A DNA stretch of 64,000 nt from Isurus oxyrinchus (lineage: Eukaryota): assembly GCA_026770705.1 (NCBI GenBank), contig JANJGN010000052.1:3720001-3784000 (forward strand). Reading direction: 5' to 3'. Shown here piece after piece: positions 25,521 to 39,099 of the stretch; the stretch's first letter is position 1; every line of letters begins with the position of its first letter. The notes under the pieces were generated by a model. That model made no database searches. It saw only the letters and a program-made list of their open reading frames with translations, and was not told the origin of the DNA. The translations under genes and the position numbers were made by a program.

Positions 25521-26596
25521 GACCAGTCCAAAGGATGTGTTTGATGCTGGGGTTAATGGCCTCCAACACAATCCTGTCCTCACATGATTAACTTAGTTAG
25601 TGACTGGTTACTGGTTAATGCAGGAGGATTATTTATTTTCCCAATCTTCTATCCATGTGTCTGGTTAGGATCTTTTCATCAAACACAGAGCAGAACCAGG
25701 ATCGAGGATGTTGGTGTCTGAAATCTGTAACACATCGCACAGTCCGCCCATTCACTCAGCCTTCAGGATGGGGGCTAATTGTTCTTTCAAAAACTGAAAG
25801 ACTGAAATGGTTGTAAGTTGTAGCTTTAGCTCATTCTGTTGTCAAAGCTGTTTCAGCCATCCAGGATACAGTGAAAAACGTACATTTGCAAGCAACTTTT
25901 CACATCATAGCTCCCTCTGTTCACAATGACATTGGCAACATCAATGTAAACATGTCACGCTGTAATGACATCCTCCCACCAGTGCTGACACTGTAGCACA
26001 CCTGTTTTCCTCTGTGTTGTCGGAAGTCTACCAATTCTCCAATCAAATTGTTTCCCTTTCCCAGTCTGCGATTAGTCTAATATTAAACAATAACTCATAA
26101 AATACACATGTTCTCTGAACATATGTTTGACTGCAAAATGGTGAATAAATTATAGGGATTTGCTCTGGTCCAATTATCCACCGATCCTGCATTTCCTGAA
26201 GTCTAAACTGGCTGATGAATATTCTGTAAACACTGGCAGACAGGAAGATGAATAACAGAATGAAAATTAACTCATAATCACGGACACGGGATTGAATTTG
26301 TCCGTTCTGTCCTGGTACATCATCGAACGATATCTAAAGACATTTACAATCAGAATGGAGAGAAGGATGTTTCCAACAGGGAGGGACAATTCTGAAGGAG
26401 GATGTTCGAATTGAAACCCACAGACAATCATCCTGGATAGATCATTCCGAAGAAATTCCATCAGATTGTAACAAGAGGTTTAAATCTATTTCCTGGGAGT
26501 GAGTTCCTGTGGATATTAGGAAGGTAAATTGGAGTTTTGAATGATTCTCCCATTCTGTATTCTCCCCACACTGTGTGTGTCTCATTCTTGCTCAGT

Positions 26597-26713
26597 TTAT
26601 AAATTCCCATAAACAGAATCCTCAGCAAATTCACAGTTTGCGTAAAGATCATCATCTGTATCAGGATTGACTCCGCGGTTAGATTTCATTTCCAGAACCT
26701 TTTCATCTTTCTT
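26597..26713 (-). CDS. Orphan terminal cytoplasmic-tail exon with two Tyr motifs
   Basis: Acceptor tttctgtttctattacag; phase 0 KKDEKVLEMKSNRGVNPDTDDDLYANCEFAEDSVYGNL*; AATAAA on the minus strand at 25632-25637. No upstream exons found. Confidence 0.65.
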   Translation of the reverse strand, partial: KKDEKVLEMKSNRGVNPDTDDDLYANCEFAEDSVYGNL

Positions 26714-26869
26714 CTGTAATAGAAACAGAAATGATCAGAGTGACAATCAGAGTGATCAGTGTTTAGTATTATTGATCCAAATCGAAAATTCCACCCACAA
26801 TACATACATTAATTATTGATACTGTTGGATGCTGCTCACGAGTTTGTTGGGACTTATGGATCCAGGCTT

Positions 26870-29800
26870 GTTTTGGAGAGGCTGAGTAGGTACAATAGAC
26901 CGAGTAGATCAGCAGACAGTTCTTAGATGAAACACATTCTGCTTATTTACAAAGGAACTCAGCAGCTACACTTGTGTGCTTTCAACTCAAGCCCTGTCTC
27001 CGCATTACAGGCTCTAACTAAAGGTGAACGACTACTGAGGTACCTGCGCCACTCGGCTGTTGGACACTGATATAAGAGTTAAACAGGGACTTCTATTAGT
27101 GAAAACCAAAGGTCAGCAGAATTCTCCAGGTGAACCTTGTGCACCATGGGGCTGACATCAGCAGAATTCTCCAGAAAGGCCTTGAAGATCACAAGGGATT
27201 AACTCGAGAAGAGACATAAATAGATGCTGAGGGTAAACAGATAAGGTAAAGGCAAACAGCACCAGGCTAGAACGAGATAAACAGTTCTTGCTTGGGTAAG
27301 GAGCAGATATGTACCTGGGACTGGGAACATCTGCTTATTATGTGATTATGTACTGACAAGATTTGAATTTAAATAACCCAATGTGTACGTGACTAACTCT
27401 GTGAACAAAAAAGATGGTTTCCCTGTAATGGGTAGAGTTCTGTTTTTAGCCAGGCCTGAGGTTGATTCTGAGAACACACCACAACACTGAGCTCATGTTA
27501 TCTTCCATTGTAACCTTCTTCTTAAAGGTATATCACACATCAGATTACCACCACCCTCCCCCTTTACTCAGAAATACATTTTACACTTACTTTTACCATT
27601 TTCTCAAAGTATCAGATGATTTACACAGATCAGTAATTTACAAATTCAGTCTTTCTGGGGGGTTTCCTTATGCGTCTGGAACGTCTCAGATCCACAGCTT
27701 CAGATGCTTTGTCAGGAGTCTCCTTTTCTGATGTTGTCCCAACACCAGCTTCTTCGGTGGACACCTGCAAACCTGTTTCCTCAACTCTTGCAGGTACAAC
27801 GGACCCTTCAGACACATCTGTTCTCAGCTGAGTTCTTTCAACAGGAGACATAGACGCAGCCGTGAAGACTGGTGGGATTGTTTCTTGGTACTTTGTTTCT
27901 CTCCTCCTTATATGACCCACATGTCTCCATATGACTCGGTCTTCCACTTTCACATGGTGAGAAAGAGTTCCAATCGCTGCATTTATTTCACCCGGTGACC
28001 ACTTTGGCCCCTCTCTAAAATCCTTCACATATACCGTCTCTCCTACGGTCAGCTTCCTGTCATGGCTATGCCAGTCATGTCCAGTTTCCTGTCTTCCTGG
28101 ACTCCTTTCCACCTTCCCGCTGACATTTAACATGACTGATGTTGCAAATGTGACGTGAGAAAAAACTTTTTCACACAACTAAGTTCTGGGCCTGGAATGC
28201 ACGGCCTGGAAGTGTTGTGGAGGCAGGTTCAATCGAGGCATTCAGGAGGGCATTAGATGGTTATTTGGATAGAGAAAAGGTGCAGGGGCATGGGGAAAGG
28301 CAGGGCAATGACACTAGGTCATGATGCTCATTTGGAGAGCTGGGACAGACACGATGGGCTGAATGGCCTCCTGCTGTGCCATTAAGACTCTGTGATCCTG
28401 CAGAGGAGACTCTGAAAGGCAAACCGGTTTATTGATACAACCCTTTGTGTGTATTAATTGTGACAAACTTCTGGGAGGCCTTCTCGAACTCCAATTGTTG
28501 ATAAGCATGGCTCATATCAGCTCCGTGTAGGCCGTTCCAGTCAATTCTTGTCATCTCCACAAATTCAAACACTTTGGCCAGGCTCAGGTCCAGGGACTAT
28601 TGGTGCTGCCCATTCTGAGGACTGCACAGATTGTATCACTCCCAGTTTCTAGAACCTGCCCAATTCAGCATCTGCCTTTTCCCACATTGCATAAGGTACT
28701 GGCCGTGCCTTCATAAATCAGAGGGGTAGAGTCTGGATCCACATGAATTTTTGCTTGCAGCCCCTGGATCTCCCCGAGTTCATCTTGGAAAACTGAGATG
28801 TATTTTTGTAGTAGCTCAGGTAGCCCACTGGCTCTCAGTTGGAAGATCTCAGACCAATCCAGTTTAATATCTTTCAGCCAGTTTCGTCCAAGGAGGCTTG
28901 GTCCCTCACCAGCTCCCATCATCAAGGGTCATTTTACTGATTGACTTCCATACTGTATAACAACCCTGCTTATGTCTTTGGCTTGAATGTCTTCTCCCGT
29001 GTGAGTTTTCAATTAGTCATCTGTTTCTTCCAAATTTAATTGACTTTCCCCATGATTCCAGTATTTGAAAGTATGCTCCCCAATTAGCGTAATGTTAGCT
29101 CCTGTGTCCACCCCCATTCTGAGAGCTCTATCATTCACCCTCACTGTTACATAGATTGGCTCTGTTCTTCCTACCTTTAAATTATACAATGAATAACTAT
29201 CTGAATCTGTTACTTCAGGCTCTTCTATGTTATGGATCTCACAGGGTTTTCTCTCTTGGTTGAAACTCTGCCTGATTCTATCCTTGCAATCTCTCATGGG
29301 CTCTCTGTTTCGATGACAGTAAAAACAATTGATTTTTTTAAAGTTCCATTCACTACGAGGTTGTCTGCTTCACCTCTGTTCACATTATTCCATGTTTTCT
29401 CTGCTAAGTCATTCCTTTTTATTTGCTGCTAGTGGTGGAGGTTTCCCGTTTCTCATCAGAGCTGTACATTTTCCCGCACTTCTTGGCTGAGGCTCCTCAC
29501 CCAACATGAGGACGGTGACATTTTGCACTATCCATATGTTTTTCGAGTCCCTCACTGCTCTTTCCATAGCCAGCACTATTCCCAGCACCTTCTGAATATC
29601 CAAATCTGTTTCAGACAGTAATCTCTTCTGAATCGCATCTTCATTTATACTGCACACCAGTTGATCTCTCAGCATATTATTTATAGATTTACCAAACTCA
29701 CAATGTCCTATTAACTCTTTCAGACTTTCCACATAACATGCAGCTGCCTCCCCTGGGACTCTATTTCTTGAGTTAAATTTGGACCGTTGCATCGTTACCG

Positions 29801-30185
29801 AGGGCTGGGGCTGGGAAGGAATCTTCACAAGGTTCACTATATCATCTAAACTTTTTGAATCCATGGCACCGGGTGACATTAAAGTTCGCATCAATCCCTA
29901 AATCTTACTCCCACACGTGGATAAGAGGGTCGCTCGCCTCTTCTCCTCCCCATCAATGTCATTCACTTGGAAAAAGAACGCGAGGAGTTCACCATAATGA
30001 GACCAATCGCCCACCGTTGGGTCGAAAGGATCAACTCTTCCAAACTGCAGCATTCTTCGAGGGGACTGCTTCGGTTATTAGGATGGAAATTATATTTATA
30101 ATCGTTGCGTGAGGCACAGCCGGATTTCGGTTCCCTTGCTCTCATTCCTTGCTTTTTCTTCCTTGTTATTCACCTCATCGCCAGT
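26870..30185 (-). mobile_element. Decayed Gypsy LTR retrotransposon (gag-protease-integrase remnants)
   Basis: PBS-like TGGCGATGAGG 30172-30183; gag (HCEFG...MLRDQLVCSINEDAIQKRLL); protease VDTGA and SLLGRNWL; integrase C-terminus (VGETVYVKDF...KWSPG). Boundaries approximate. Confidence 0.88.
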
Positions 30186-30214
30186 TTATTCAACCCTTGT
30201 CACTACTTTAGTTT

Positions 30215-30510
30215 GCACTCCCTCGGTACTGAGCCTGCGACAGTGCAGCATTCCCTGGGTACGGACCCTCCGACTGTGCAGTGGTCCCTTAGTCATGAGC
30301 CCCTGATAGTGCAGCAGCCCCTAAGTACTGATGCTCGAAAAGTGTAGCGCTCCCTCAGCATTGACCATCTGACAGTGCAGCACTCCTTCAGCACTGGCAC
30401 ACCCAGAGTGCAACACTCGCAGTACAGACCCTCCGACAGTGCAGCACTAAGTCAGTGCTGACCGTCCAACAGTGCAGCACTCCCTCAGCACTGACCCTCC
30501 GACTGTGCAG
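30215..30510 (-). repeat. 33-bp minisatellite, degenerate, reverse orientation
   Basis: gaccctccgacagtgcagcactccctcag units. Confidence 0.85.
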
Positions 30511-30599
30511 GACTCTCAGTCCTGACACCGAGTGCCGGTCTGAATTTTGCCAAATGAATTTCGAACTGACGACCTTCTCACTCAGAGAGAGAGAGGGTT

Positions 30600-30800
30600 C
30601 GAAATCCAGTGACACACAGGAGAAATTCCTGGTCAATGACTTTCCACTTTTGAGCAGAAATATCATCACAAGTCCAGAACGCAAAGGGTTAACAGCTTCA
30701 AAAAACTCAAAACACGAGCTGTTCTGTCACTTTGATCCAACTTCCTCATTTTGTCTCACAGAGACACATCAACCCTTTCTCATTAAATACACAGAGGGAG
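30600..30800 (+). promoter_or_regulatory. Candidate promoter of Siglec-like gene R
   Basis: PU.1/Ets consensus AAAATGAGGAAGT (minus strand, 30740-30752), kB-like GGAGAAATTCC 30619-30629, TATA-like TTAAATA ~30783; parts of the region are conserved in paralog copies. Confidence 0.5.
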
Positions 30801-30809
30801 CAGCACAGG

Positions 30810-30879
30810 AAGAGGTCATTCAGCCCAGGCAGAGCGTGTGGGCAGTTCCTCCCCAGGCGAGCAGTCGGACAGGTCCTGG
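30810..30879 (+). other. Siglec-like gene R: putative non-coding exon 1 (start approximate)
   Basis: Strong donor TGG|gtaagt at 30879/30880, conserved in three paralog copies, upstream of the leader-exon acceptor. Confidence 0.6.
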
Positions 30880-31329
30880 GTAAGTAATGGAACGATTGGA
30901 ATTCACTTCCACGACCAACACAGTCCTTTGTTGATGTTGTGACTTTATAAAGACAAATTCCAATGATTGATGCCTTTGAAAGATTTCTACTGATTATTGA
31001 GATCTGGGTGTGAGGCTCAAGTCTGTTGTACAGAACATCTTTCTAGCTCAAGGGATGAGGGAAGTGCAGGGACATGAGCTTTGGGACATCCTGAGGTGCT
31101 GAAATACGATATAGAAATGCAAGTCCTTCATTGATTTATTTTTTTAAAGCTTTTTAACTCTCTGCAGAGCACCTATCATCCCACAGAGAACCAAATTAGT
31201 CTGTGTAGACAATGTGTAAAAGCAGTTCTGATCTCTCGAGAGCTGTCGGACAAGAGGTGAGGTCTCATTAACTCCTTTCTCTTTCACAGTTTGAGAGTCA
31301 GAAGCTAAAGGAATATCTGGGAGTGGACA

Positions 31330-31369
31330 ATGATCGGGAAATCCTACTTCCTCCTGTCACTTCTCCAAG
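31330..31369 (+). CDS. Siglec-like gene R: leader exon (exon starts 31290)
   Basis: Acceptor ctttctctttcacag; MIGKSYFLLSLLQ G|gtaata, phase 1; joins in frame to every V exon (e.g. ...LLQ-VGLSQ). Confidence 0.88.
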
Positions 31370-32399
31370 GTAATATCATCGTCAACTTGGACAGACTTAT
31401 GGCTAATAGTCTTTGTAAAAGATCATTCTTATTGAGCTGTGATAGGGAACTGATTCAGCAGTGAGCCAGTGTACAAACTCACACCAAGTCCCATTCACCC
31501 ATCACCCCTGTGCTCACTGATATACACTGACTCCCTGTCTGACAGCAGAACTGCAGGACAGCAGAGACCTCAAAGGGTTTCAGGGCTGGAGGAGGTGACA
31601 GTGATAGGGAGTGGAGAGGGAGGATGGAGGGATAAGGAATCAATGAAGAGATTTTGAAAATTGAGTCATTGCTGGACTGGGAGCCAGTGTAGGTCAGCGA
31701 GTGACAGGGGAGCGATCGGCTGAATAGAGAAGCAGGGATAAAAACTGGGGGATGAAGTCTATCCTGATGCAAGCACTCCGATATCAATGCCCTGAAATGT
31801 TTCTCTCTTGCTGATTTTCATCAGAATTTCCCATGAAGACAACACAGAAGCTCTTAGATTAGACAGGCAGTTCAGCGTCACACTTCCTGTCCATTCTCAC
31901 CATGCTAGAAAATGCGATAAGATAGCAAGATAACTGATAGAGAGAAGGGAGGCAAAGCTGTCTGTATGTAAAACTGTCAAATATTCTGAGTTATCATGAT
32001 TGTTTCTGATCTGCTGCAGAGTTTATATTTCATTGAAACTTATCACTTTGCAGCTCAGAGAGAGACCATTGACTCACTGCCTGAAAGGGCGGTGGAAGCA
32101 GATTCAACAGGAACTTTCAGAAGGGGAACTGGATAAATACTTGAAGGGGAAATTTTGCAGGGTTGTGGAGGAAAGAGCAGAGGTGAGAGTGGGAATAATT
32201 GGACAGATCTTTCAACGGCCCAGCACAGGCTCGATGGGCCAAATGTCTTCCTTCTGTTCCGGATCATTCTACAATCCGATAAATTAAGTCCCTTTTCAAT
32301 AACTCTCCAGGCTCCTGCTGCAGGAATGGATCTTTCAGAAGGGCAGGGAGCAAGCGGTTTCTCATATCATGTTCATATTTATTGACAATTACATAAGTG

Positions 32400-35300
32400 C
32401 ATGGAACTGTTGAATATTTGAGTCTCTAAAGTGTGGATTTAACCTTCTGGTACACCCAGATCTTGTGCTGGTTACCTTGTCTGGAGGTGTCTTTAACTGC
32501 TCACAGTGATCTGTGGGATTGTCACCCTTGGATGTTGTTCCTGATTTCATGTGGGATCTTCTCCTCGATGGAATAGGAGCGGGAATGGATCTGATTTATC
32601 CTCAGTTCCGCCTCACCGCTGTGCCCTTGTGTGTTTGACTCCATAGGCCCTTGGTTCTGAACAAATCCTTGTCACCTCGGCTGGTGATCATGAACCTTCT
32701 GTGGGATCCTGGATGTGAACTTGTCCCAACTGTAAACTTGGCAACTGTGCACCTCCATTTTTATCATGAACATTCCTTATCTTCTCTTGTAGTTTTAAAA
32801 GTTGCCCTCTGGTTTCTGAGAGAGTAGAATGGGTAAGAATAGCGAAATTGGTCACTACTGGCCCACCAAACATGATCTCTGTCAGTGATGCAATAAGGTG
32901 AGGTGATGGTGTAGTGGTATTGTTGCTGGACGAGTAATTCAGAGACCCAGGGTAATGTCCTGAAAATATGAGTTCAAATCCTGTCATAATAGATGATGGA
33001 ATTTGAATTTAATAAAAAGATGAAATTCAAAGTCTAGTGATGACCACAAAACCATTGTTGGAAATCCCACCTGGTTCACCAGTGCCCTTTAGGGAACAAA
33101 ATTGCCTGGCCGACATGTGACTCCAGACTCCACGTCAATGTGGTTGACTCTTACATTAGGGATGGGTAATAAATCCTGGCCTGACCAGTGACTCCCACAT
33201 CCCATGAATGAATTTAACAAAGTTGCAGTTGTAGGTGTTGATCTCAGATGTAACATTGCAATGTGTGGATCTTGCTTGGTCTGTCTACATTTGAGAATTA
33301 GGGATTTCACTGGTGTGAATCATTCATTCAGCTAGGCCGTTAGATCTGGGGTAATGAGGAGAAGAAGTTGTGTGATTGATATTCCAGATTATATGTACTC
33401 ATGTCCCTAGGCTCACCAAATAAACTGAAAATAGTGCTTAGAATGTGTGCACCAGTAGTGCTCGGTGTGTTGTGTTATTTTTGAATAACGGGATATCTGG
33501 TAAAGCTGTCGACGATGACGATGAAGTCAGTGACATGGACATGAAAGGATTCAGATGTGAATTTGGACTAAGAATAGGCAGGAATTTCCTGTGGAATCAG
33601 TGGTTCTTTGTGTTGACTTGGCTCATCCTCTTGACAAGCCTCGAACTTCCCTACAACGACTTCAAGGTCATTGTTCATACCCGGCCAGTGACTGTATCTC
33701 TTGTGAGTCTCCCTGTCTGATCTGTGCCCATGTGTGAGGGATGAAGTTGTTGAAGAATATATCATCACAAAGGTTCCGGTATGATGCGATGCCTGCCATT
33801 AAAAATGACTCCCTGGGAGATGCCTCACTTATCCTGATGACATCAAGTTGAATCAGCCACCCTTTCAATGATATTTCCACAGTTCCTGTAGAATTTTTCA
33901 CTGTTCCCTCTTGTAGCTGCTGGCATTTCTGTTGTGCTAAATGTACTGGATCAATTGACAGACTTGCATTCTCCTGCAGGTGTAATGTTGCAGCTCCCTT
34001 GAAACTACAAATACTGTTGAAACTTTCTGCATATTTCAATGTTATGTCCATGAACTGAGTTGATGGGGTAGTTTCTGAGGTTGACCCATGTCAGGTCTGA
34101 CAGATTCCATGGATAGTCACTAGTGTGAGGTCACCGCATGCCGGTAGACTTGCAATTGCTCAGCCTTTAGTCTCCACAATGTAGAACATCTGTGACACCC
34201 AGGAGGATTGATTGTACTTGCACCCCAGGACTATGTATTCCGCACATGGAGTTGGTGAAGTGTTGTACACAGCAGTAGGTTTCCCCATGGACTTCCATGT
34301 CCTTGGATATATGTCTTTGAAAATTTGCTGGGGTGGGCTGGGGGAGGGGAATGTTGGCACTTGCCCTTGTGTCACTCTTGGCCAATAAAGGGGAGGTAGC
34401 CACTTTCTCAGGGCAGATAATTGGAATCTTGGCCAATAGTGCGGGTGATGTGACAGCATCTGTTCTCCGTGAGATCGATGGTGTAAAAGGTGTGAAATTG
34501 TTCAACAATTGCACAAAACGTTGAGCACAAATGTTGCACAAACTCTAAGCCGGGGTTTTCCGGCCCGGTCATGGTGGGACCTGCCTTGGGAGATTGGGAC
34601 AAATATAAATCCATTGGCTTTCGGCCGGACCGGACAATCCTGGCAGTGGGTGGGGCCAGAAAATCCTACCACTATGGGACATTTTCAGTTTATTTGATGT
34701 GCCCAGAGAGATCACTAAGGACAACAATCCACAATTTATTGACAAGCCACGACAGGATATGTGTGAGAGGTGGAATATCGATCACCGCACCTCGTCTCGC
34801 CGTGCACATCATCGCCATTTCCTGGTTTGTCAGTCACCACATGTCTATGTTCCTGATGGGATAGCGGATGGTCATTCTTATTGATTGAAGGTTCCCCGTT
34901 GTGTAGGGTCTGTTTGGATCAGCGCACGGCTCTTTGCAGCTGCATCAGCCTTTGCTCTAGTGCTCTGCCGCTGTCACTGGCCCTTTCTGCCACAAGCCTT
35001 GCAGGATTGGTGGAAAGCTGGGCATTTCCTTGGTGCCTGCAGAAGGCCACACCTTCCACACGTCTCACTAGGTTTGGATGTTCTAGTGAGTGTGTCAACA
35101 ATTGATGTTGTACTGAGGACCTGTAAGCTTCGTTGACCTGCGAGGATCACTTCGTATTTATGTCCATCCTTGAGTAGCTCTTCAATGCTATAGGTTTTGG
35201 TCTTATCTAGCAGATCTTTCTGGAAGGCTTCCATGGGAGTGGATGCGATCACCAACTCAACAACTGTGTCTGCAGGCTCTGTGTTTGAAATCACAGTGCG

Positions 35301-36350
35301 TACCCTTTTCTCTACATCGGCTGATGAAGTGGTCTATGGATTGTGTAGGCTGATGAAATGACATAAACTCTAGTTGATGAATATGGAGTTTCACCTGATT
35401 CTGAACCTGTCTTCCAATATCGTCCATATCTATTGGGGATCCTTTCGCTCTTCTGCTGTTAATCCTGACGTGTTCAGCCTGTGTAGACCTTCATTCCCAA
35501 TCACGAGGTGAATTTTTATGGCTTGTTCGTCTGGTTCAGTCACACCTGAATCAGGAAACCAGAGCTCTGTACGCTGTTTAAACATTCTGAATTCAGATAG
35601 TCGGTCAGCTACATCCCAGTTCAAACTGGGGAATTTCATGGACATTCTGACAATATTCCTTTGACCTTCCTTCTCCTACAGGACCTGGGATGAGTGTCGC
35701 TTTAGCCCCTTTCGTGCGCTTTTCCGAAGCTCCGCCCACGAAGATGGGTTGTGGCAGGAACACACCACGGAGTAATGGAGTCTTTGTTTTTTATTCAATT
35801 TGCTGTTCAGCAATCTCGAAGCCGCCCGTTATAATCACTAACTTCTCTGGGCTGATTTTTATAATGGTTTTTGTGTGTTTGACTCTCCCTCGCTCACTAT
35901 CGATCCAGCCCACACCCGGGTCCCTCGCCTTCCCTGACTGAGCTAACCCGCTGCTGGTCCTGGCGATACACACTGTCCCACTCACTGACCTACAGGCCGT
36001 GTGCTGTAATCTCACCACGAGGGATCCGTCTGCTCCCCAGCTCATTACTTGAGCTCTTTCCCGTCACTGTGTCTTCAAAGGTTTCCTGAGCAGTCAGTAC
36101 ACTGCGATTTCAACCCTCTCTGATGCTGTGTCTCTGTTGTGGTCTGACCAAAGCGTCGAGGGTCGTCTCATGTCATGTAGCTCGATCTCAGGCTGTTCAC
36201 CATGTCATACCTGTACTGAATCTTGCGGCCAGAATGTTTGGCCACCGCTGATCACCATGTTGTGTTTTTATAATGATATAAAGGCACCAGCCACTGATAC
36301 GGAATTGGGTAAATACATTGTGGGTTCAGTTATTTAGAATGGGGACATGA
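32400..36350 (-). mobile_element. Second decayed Gypsy LTR retrotransposon in the leader-V intron, with nested SINE at ~32895-33215
   Basis: gag N-terminus MKFPSLNWD...FRMFKQRTELWF, knuckle CGRCG...CPA...CKACGRKG, integrase remnants, PBS-like TGGTGATCAGCGG at ~36245-36257. Confidence 0.8.
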
Positions 36351-37770
36351 GAACAGATATACAAGGATAGAAAGCTGGGAGACACCTGCAGCCAAACTGT
36401 GTGAGCTGTGTTCTGCTCACAGGCCAAAGTGAAACTTGGACTGGATGGTGTTATCATCCCAGCTGATGTTACTACTGGGCAAGTCAGATCCCAGGGTGGA
36501 GCTCAGCTTGACAGGTCCTAACTTTTATTTTTTATTTAGGAATGTGGAGTGCTGCTACTGAACAGAGTCACAGGAATCATCTGATGACCTTCTAACAAAA
36601 GAATAAAACATTTATTAAACTAGGAAAGACAAACTATATTACATTACTCCTTCACCCAGACCTATACCTTTACAGATTCATAAGTAGAATACAAGTTACA
36701 ATAACTATCTTATACTCTCATGTTCACACTAAGTACACAGTTCATGCAAACCAATAGACGACCTGGTGTCAGGGACACCACATTCTGTAGCCAAGTGATA
36801 GACCCCAATTGGAACAAATGCTATGGGTTTCAGCTCAACTGACTCCAGACACTTGTTTCACCATGAGGCAACTGGTCTTACAAAACTGTATCTTTCACAT
36901 GAGAGTTTCCAATCTCTACTCGTCAAGTGCTCTCTTTGGAATCTTCTCTAACATGACACTTTCACTCAGAGACCTTCCACAAGGGTCCACTTCCACGATT
37001 TCAAACTCTCCTTCCCATGTTCCTGCCCCCTGGATCGCCACATGCATTCAGCCTTCCTTCTACGCGTTGTCTCTCCAATGCTCAGTCATGCCAATGGAAC
37101 ACCATGGCTTCACATGGTCATAGTAAGAAGACATCAACATTTAGCTGTCTCCTATGATCTTCTGGCTTCTAATCAGCCTTTTTTGCTTTAGGTCTGTGTC
37201 CTTTTGCTTTTTCTCTTTTAGCTTGGATCCCTCCTCTGCTCCTCAATCTTATCTCGACTTAACAGGACCTTTTTCAGATTCCTGATCTTCTTTGGAGTAG
37301 AAGGTCTTCTTGGGCTCTTTCTCCTGTTCCACTCGATGGTTTTGGCTTCTTCTTTACTTTGGGACTGACTATCTGTCCCGCTCCTATGCTGCTTCTCCTG
37401 GCAACTCCTTTCAACCAAACTGAAAGCACATTTCTGTTTTTCTCTGTCTCTATGGGTCCGTCCCTCTGGATCACTGTTGCTTAGCAATAGCACAGTTTCT
37501 TACACCTTGTGTTTGTTTTGACTTTCCTTCAAGAGACATCAAACCCCATTAGATTGCTAAACGAAAATGAAACCAAAACTGAAGTTTCCCCCTTTCTTAA
37601 CACACAAATACAGAAATCAAACTAAACTTGAACTTAAACATATACCTTATCCCTAACACACACAAATACACATAGAACTTACTTAAGCTATACCCAATTC
37701 CTAAAATCACATGACACACTTCCCCTCGAGTGATGTCATGCTGCTGTCCCTGAAAGGCATATTACAACAG

Positions 37771-38696
37771 TGTTATCACTTGGCAGGTGATGTGTGCCAG
37801 GCAGACCAAGTCCATGAGAGAAAGATGGTCACATGATCATAATGATTTTGCAATTTGTATTTATTATGAGATGTGTGCACTGAATTCAGAAGCAATAATT
37901 ACATAAAGACCTTTAGCGATTTGAAAATTAAATTAAAATACTTGCTCTCAAAATAAATGATTTGAAGCACATACATAACTCTACAATTACCACTATAATA
38001 ATTCTTAAAATTCTGAATTAAACTGACTCCCAGTTACACTCCCTTTAAGGCAACGGTCCAAAAATAGACTTTATATTTAAAACAAACCCAGCAAGTTAAC
38101 ACAATATAAAAGCAATACCCTGCACAGAGGAATTCCAAGTGGCTTTTCCCCAACTTCAGTTCTGTTGGATAGCAGGCTTGTGCACAAATGCTAGAGGTTT
38201 CATTAAGACTATATCACACACTCGTGTTAGATCTTACATGGCATTCTGACACATAGCCTTTCATTCTCCCTGATAGATATATATTTCTCTCTTTGTAACA
38301 TGAAAATTCTATTGTTCCATATGTTTTTGAAACTGTATATTCCACATAACAAACTCTTTCGTGGTGCCCATATTGCCAGGAGCCTTTGAGAAAAATAAAC
38401 ACATTCCTTAGTCTTGCTTATCTGGCTAGTTGTAAACAAGCTAAGATTCCTTTGAAATCCAACAACCCCTTCATTGATAGAAAAATGCAAATTCTCTTCA
38501 TACCTTCCATGCTAAGCAGCATCCATGTTTCCTCAATAGCATGTCAAGCACCTAGCTCCTTTTGATCATTTTAAACTTCCAATCTAATTAACTCCAAATG
38601 TACTTAAATCACATGCAGACCCATCATGCGTACCCCCATAAACCTACTTCACAATATACTATAAAATATTATGAAAATTATTATACTTACATCACA
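37771..38696. mobile_element. Probable solo LTR
   Basis: TGTTAT...ATCACA termini; imperfect 4-bp TSD ACAG/ATAG. Confidence 0.45.
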
Positions 38697-39099
38697 ATAG
38701 GAACCACTGCCTTAGACACTGAGGATCTAGGACAGCTAGGCCAATTCATGATTCATGATGGTGATAATGGGGGAATTCTGAAGGCTCCTAATCCATTGTC
38801 CTACGTTGTAAATCAGCAGTGAACTCACTTCAATTAGTGTGTCTTGTAGACACTGTGTTGGGTGGCAGACTGACTTCACTAAATAGGTACCTGAGGGTCA
38901 TGAGCCAATTTAGAATGAACTTGTCCACTCCTGTGTCCGGAATTCTCTTCAATCTGTTGTGAAACCTTGGGGCATTCATTGTGTGACCTGTGGATTATCC
39001 AGACTGCAGCCTGTGTGCCCCAGTGATGGAGGGGGTGAATATTGAGTCTAGTGGATTGAGAAAACATTCAGAGTTAAATATTGATATTTCTCTCCCTAG

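Noticed and set aside
26267-26655. ORF-track peptides resembling an LRR or GPCR fragment
   Set aside because: No consistent motif; better explained as the off-frame part and 3'UTR of the terminal exon at 26597-26713.
36449-37716. Additional solo LTR
   Set aside because: TG...CA-like ends but no convincing TSD; left uncalled.
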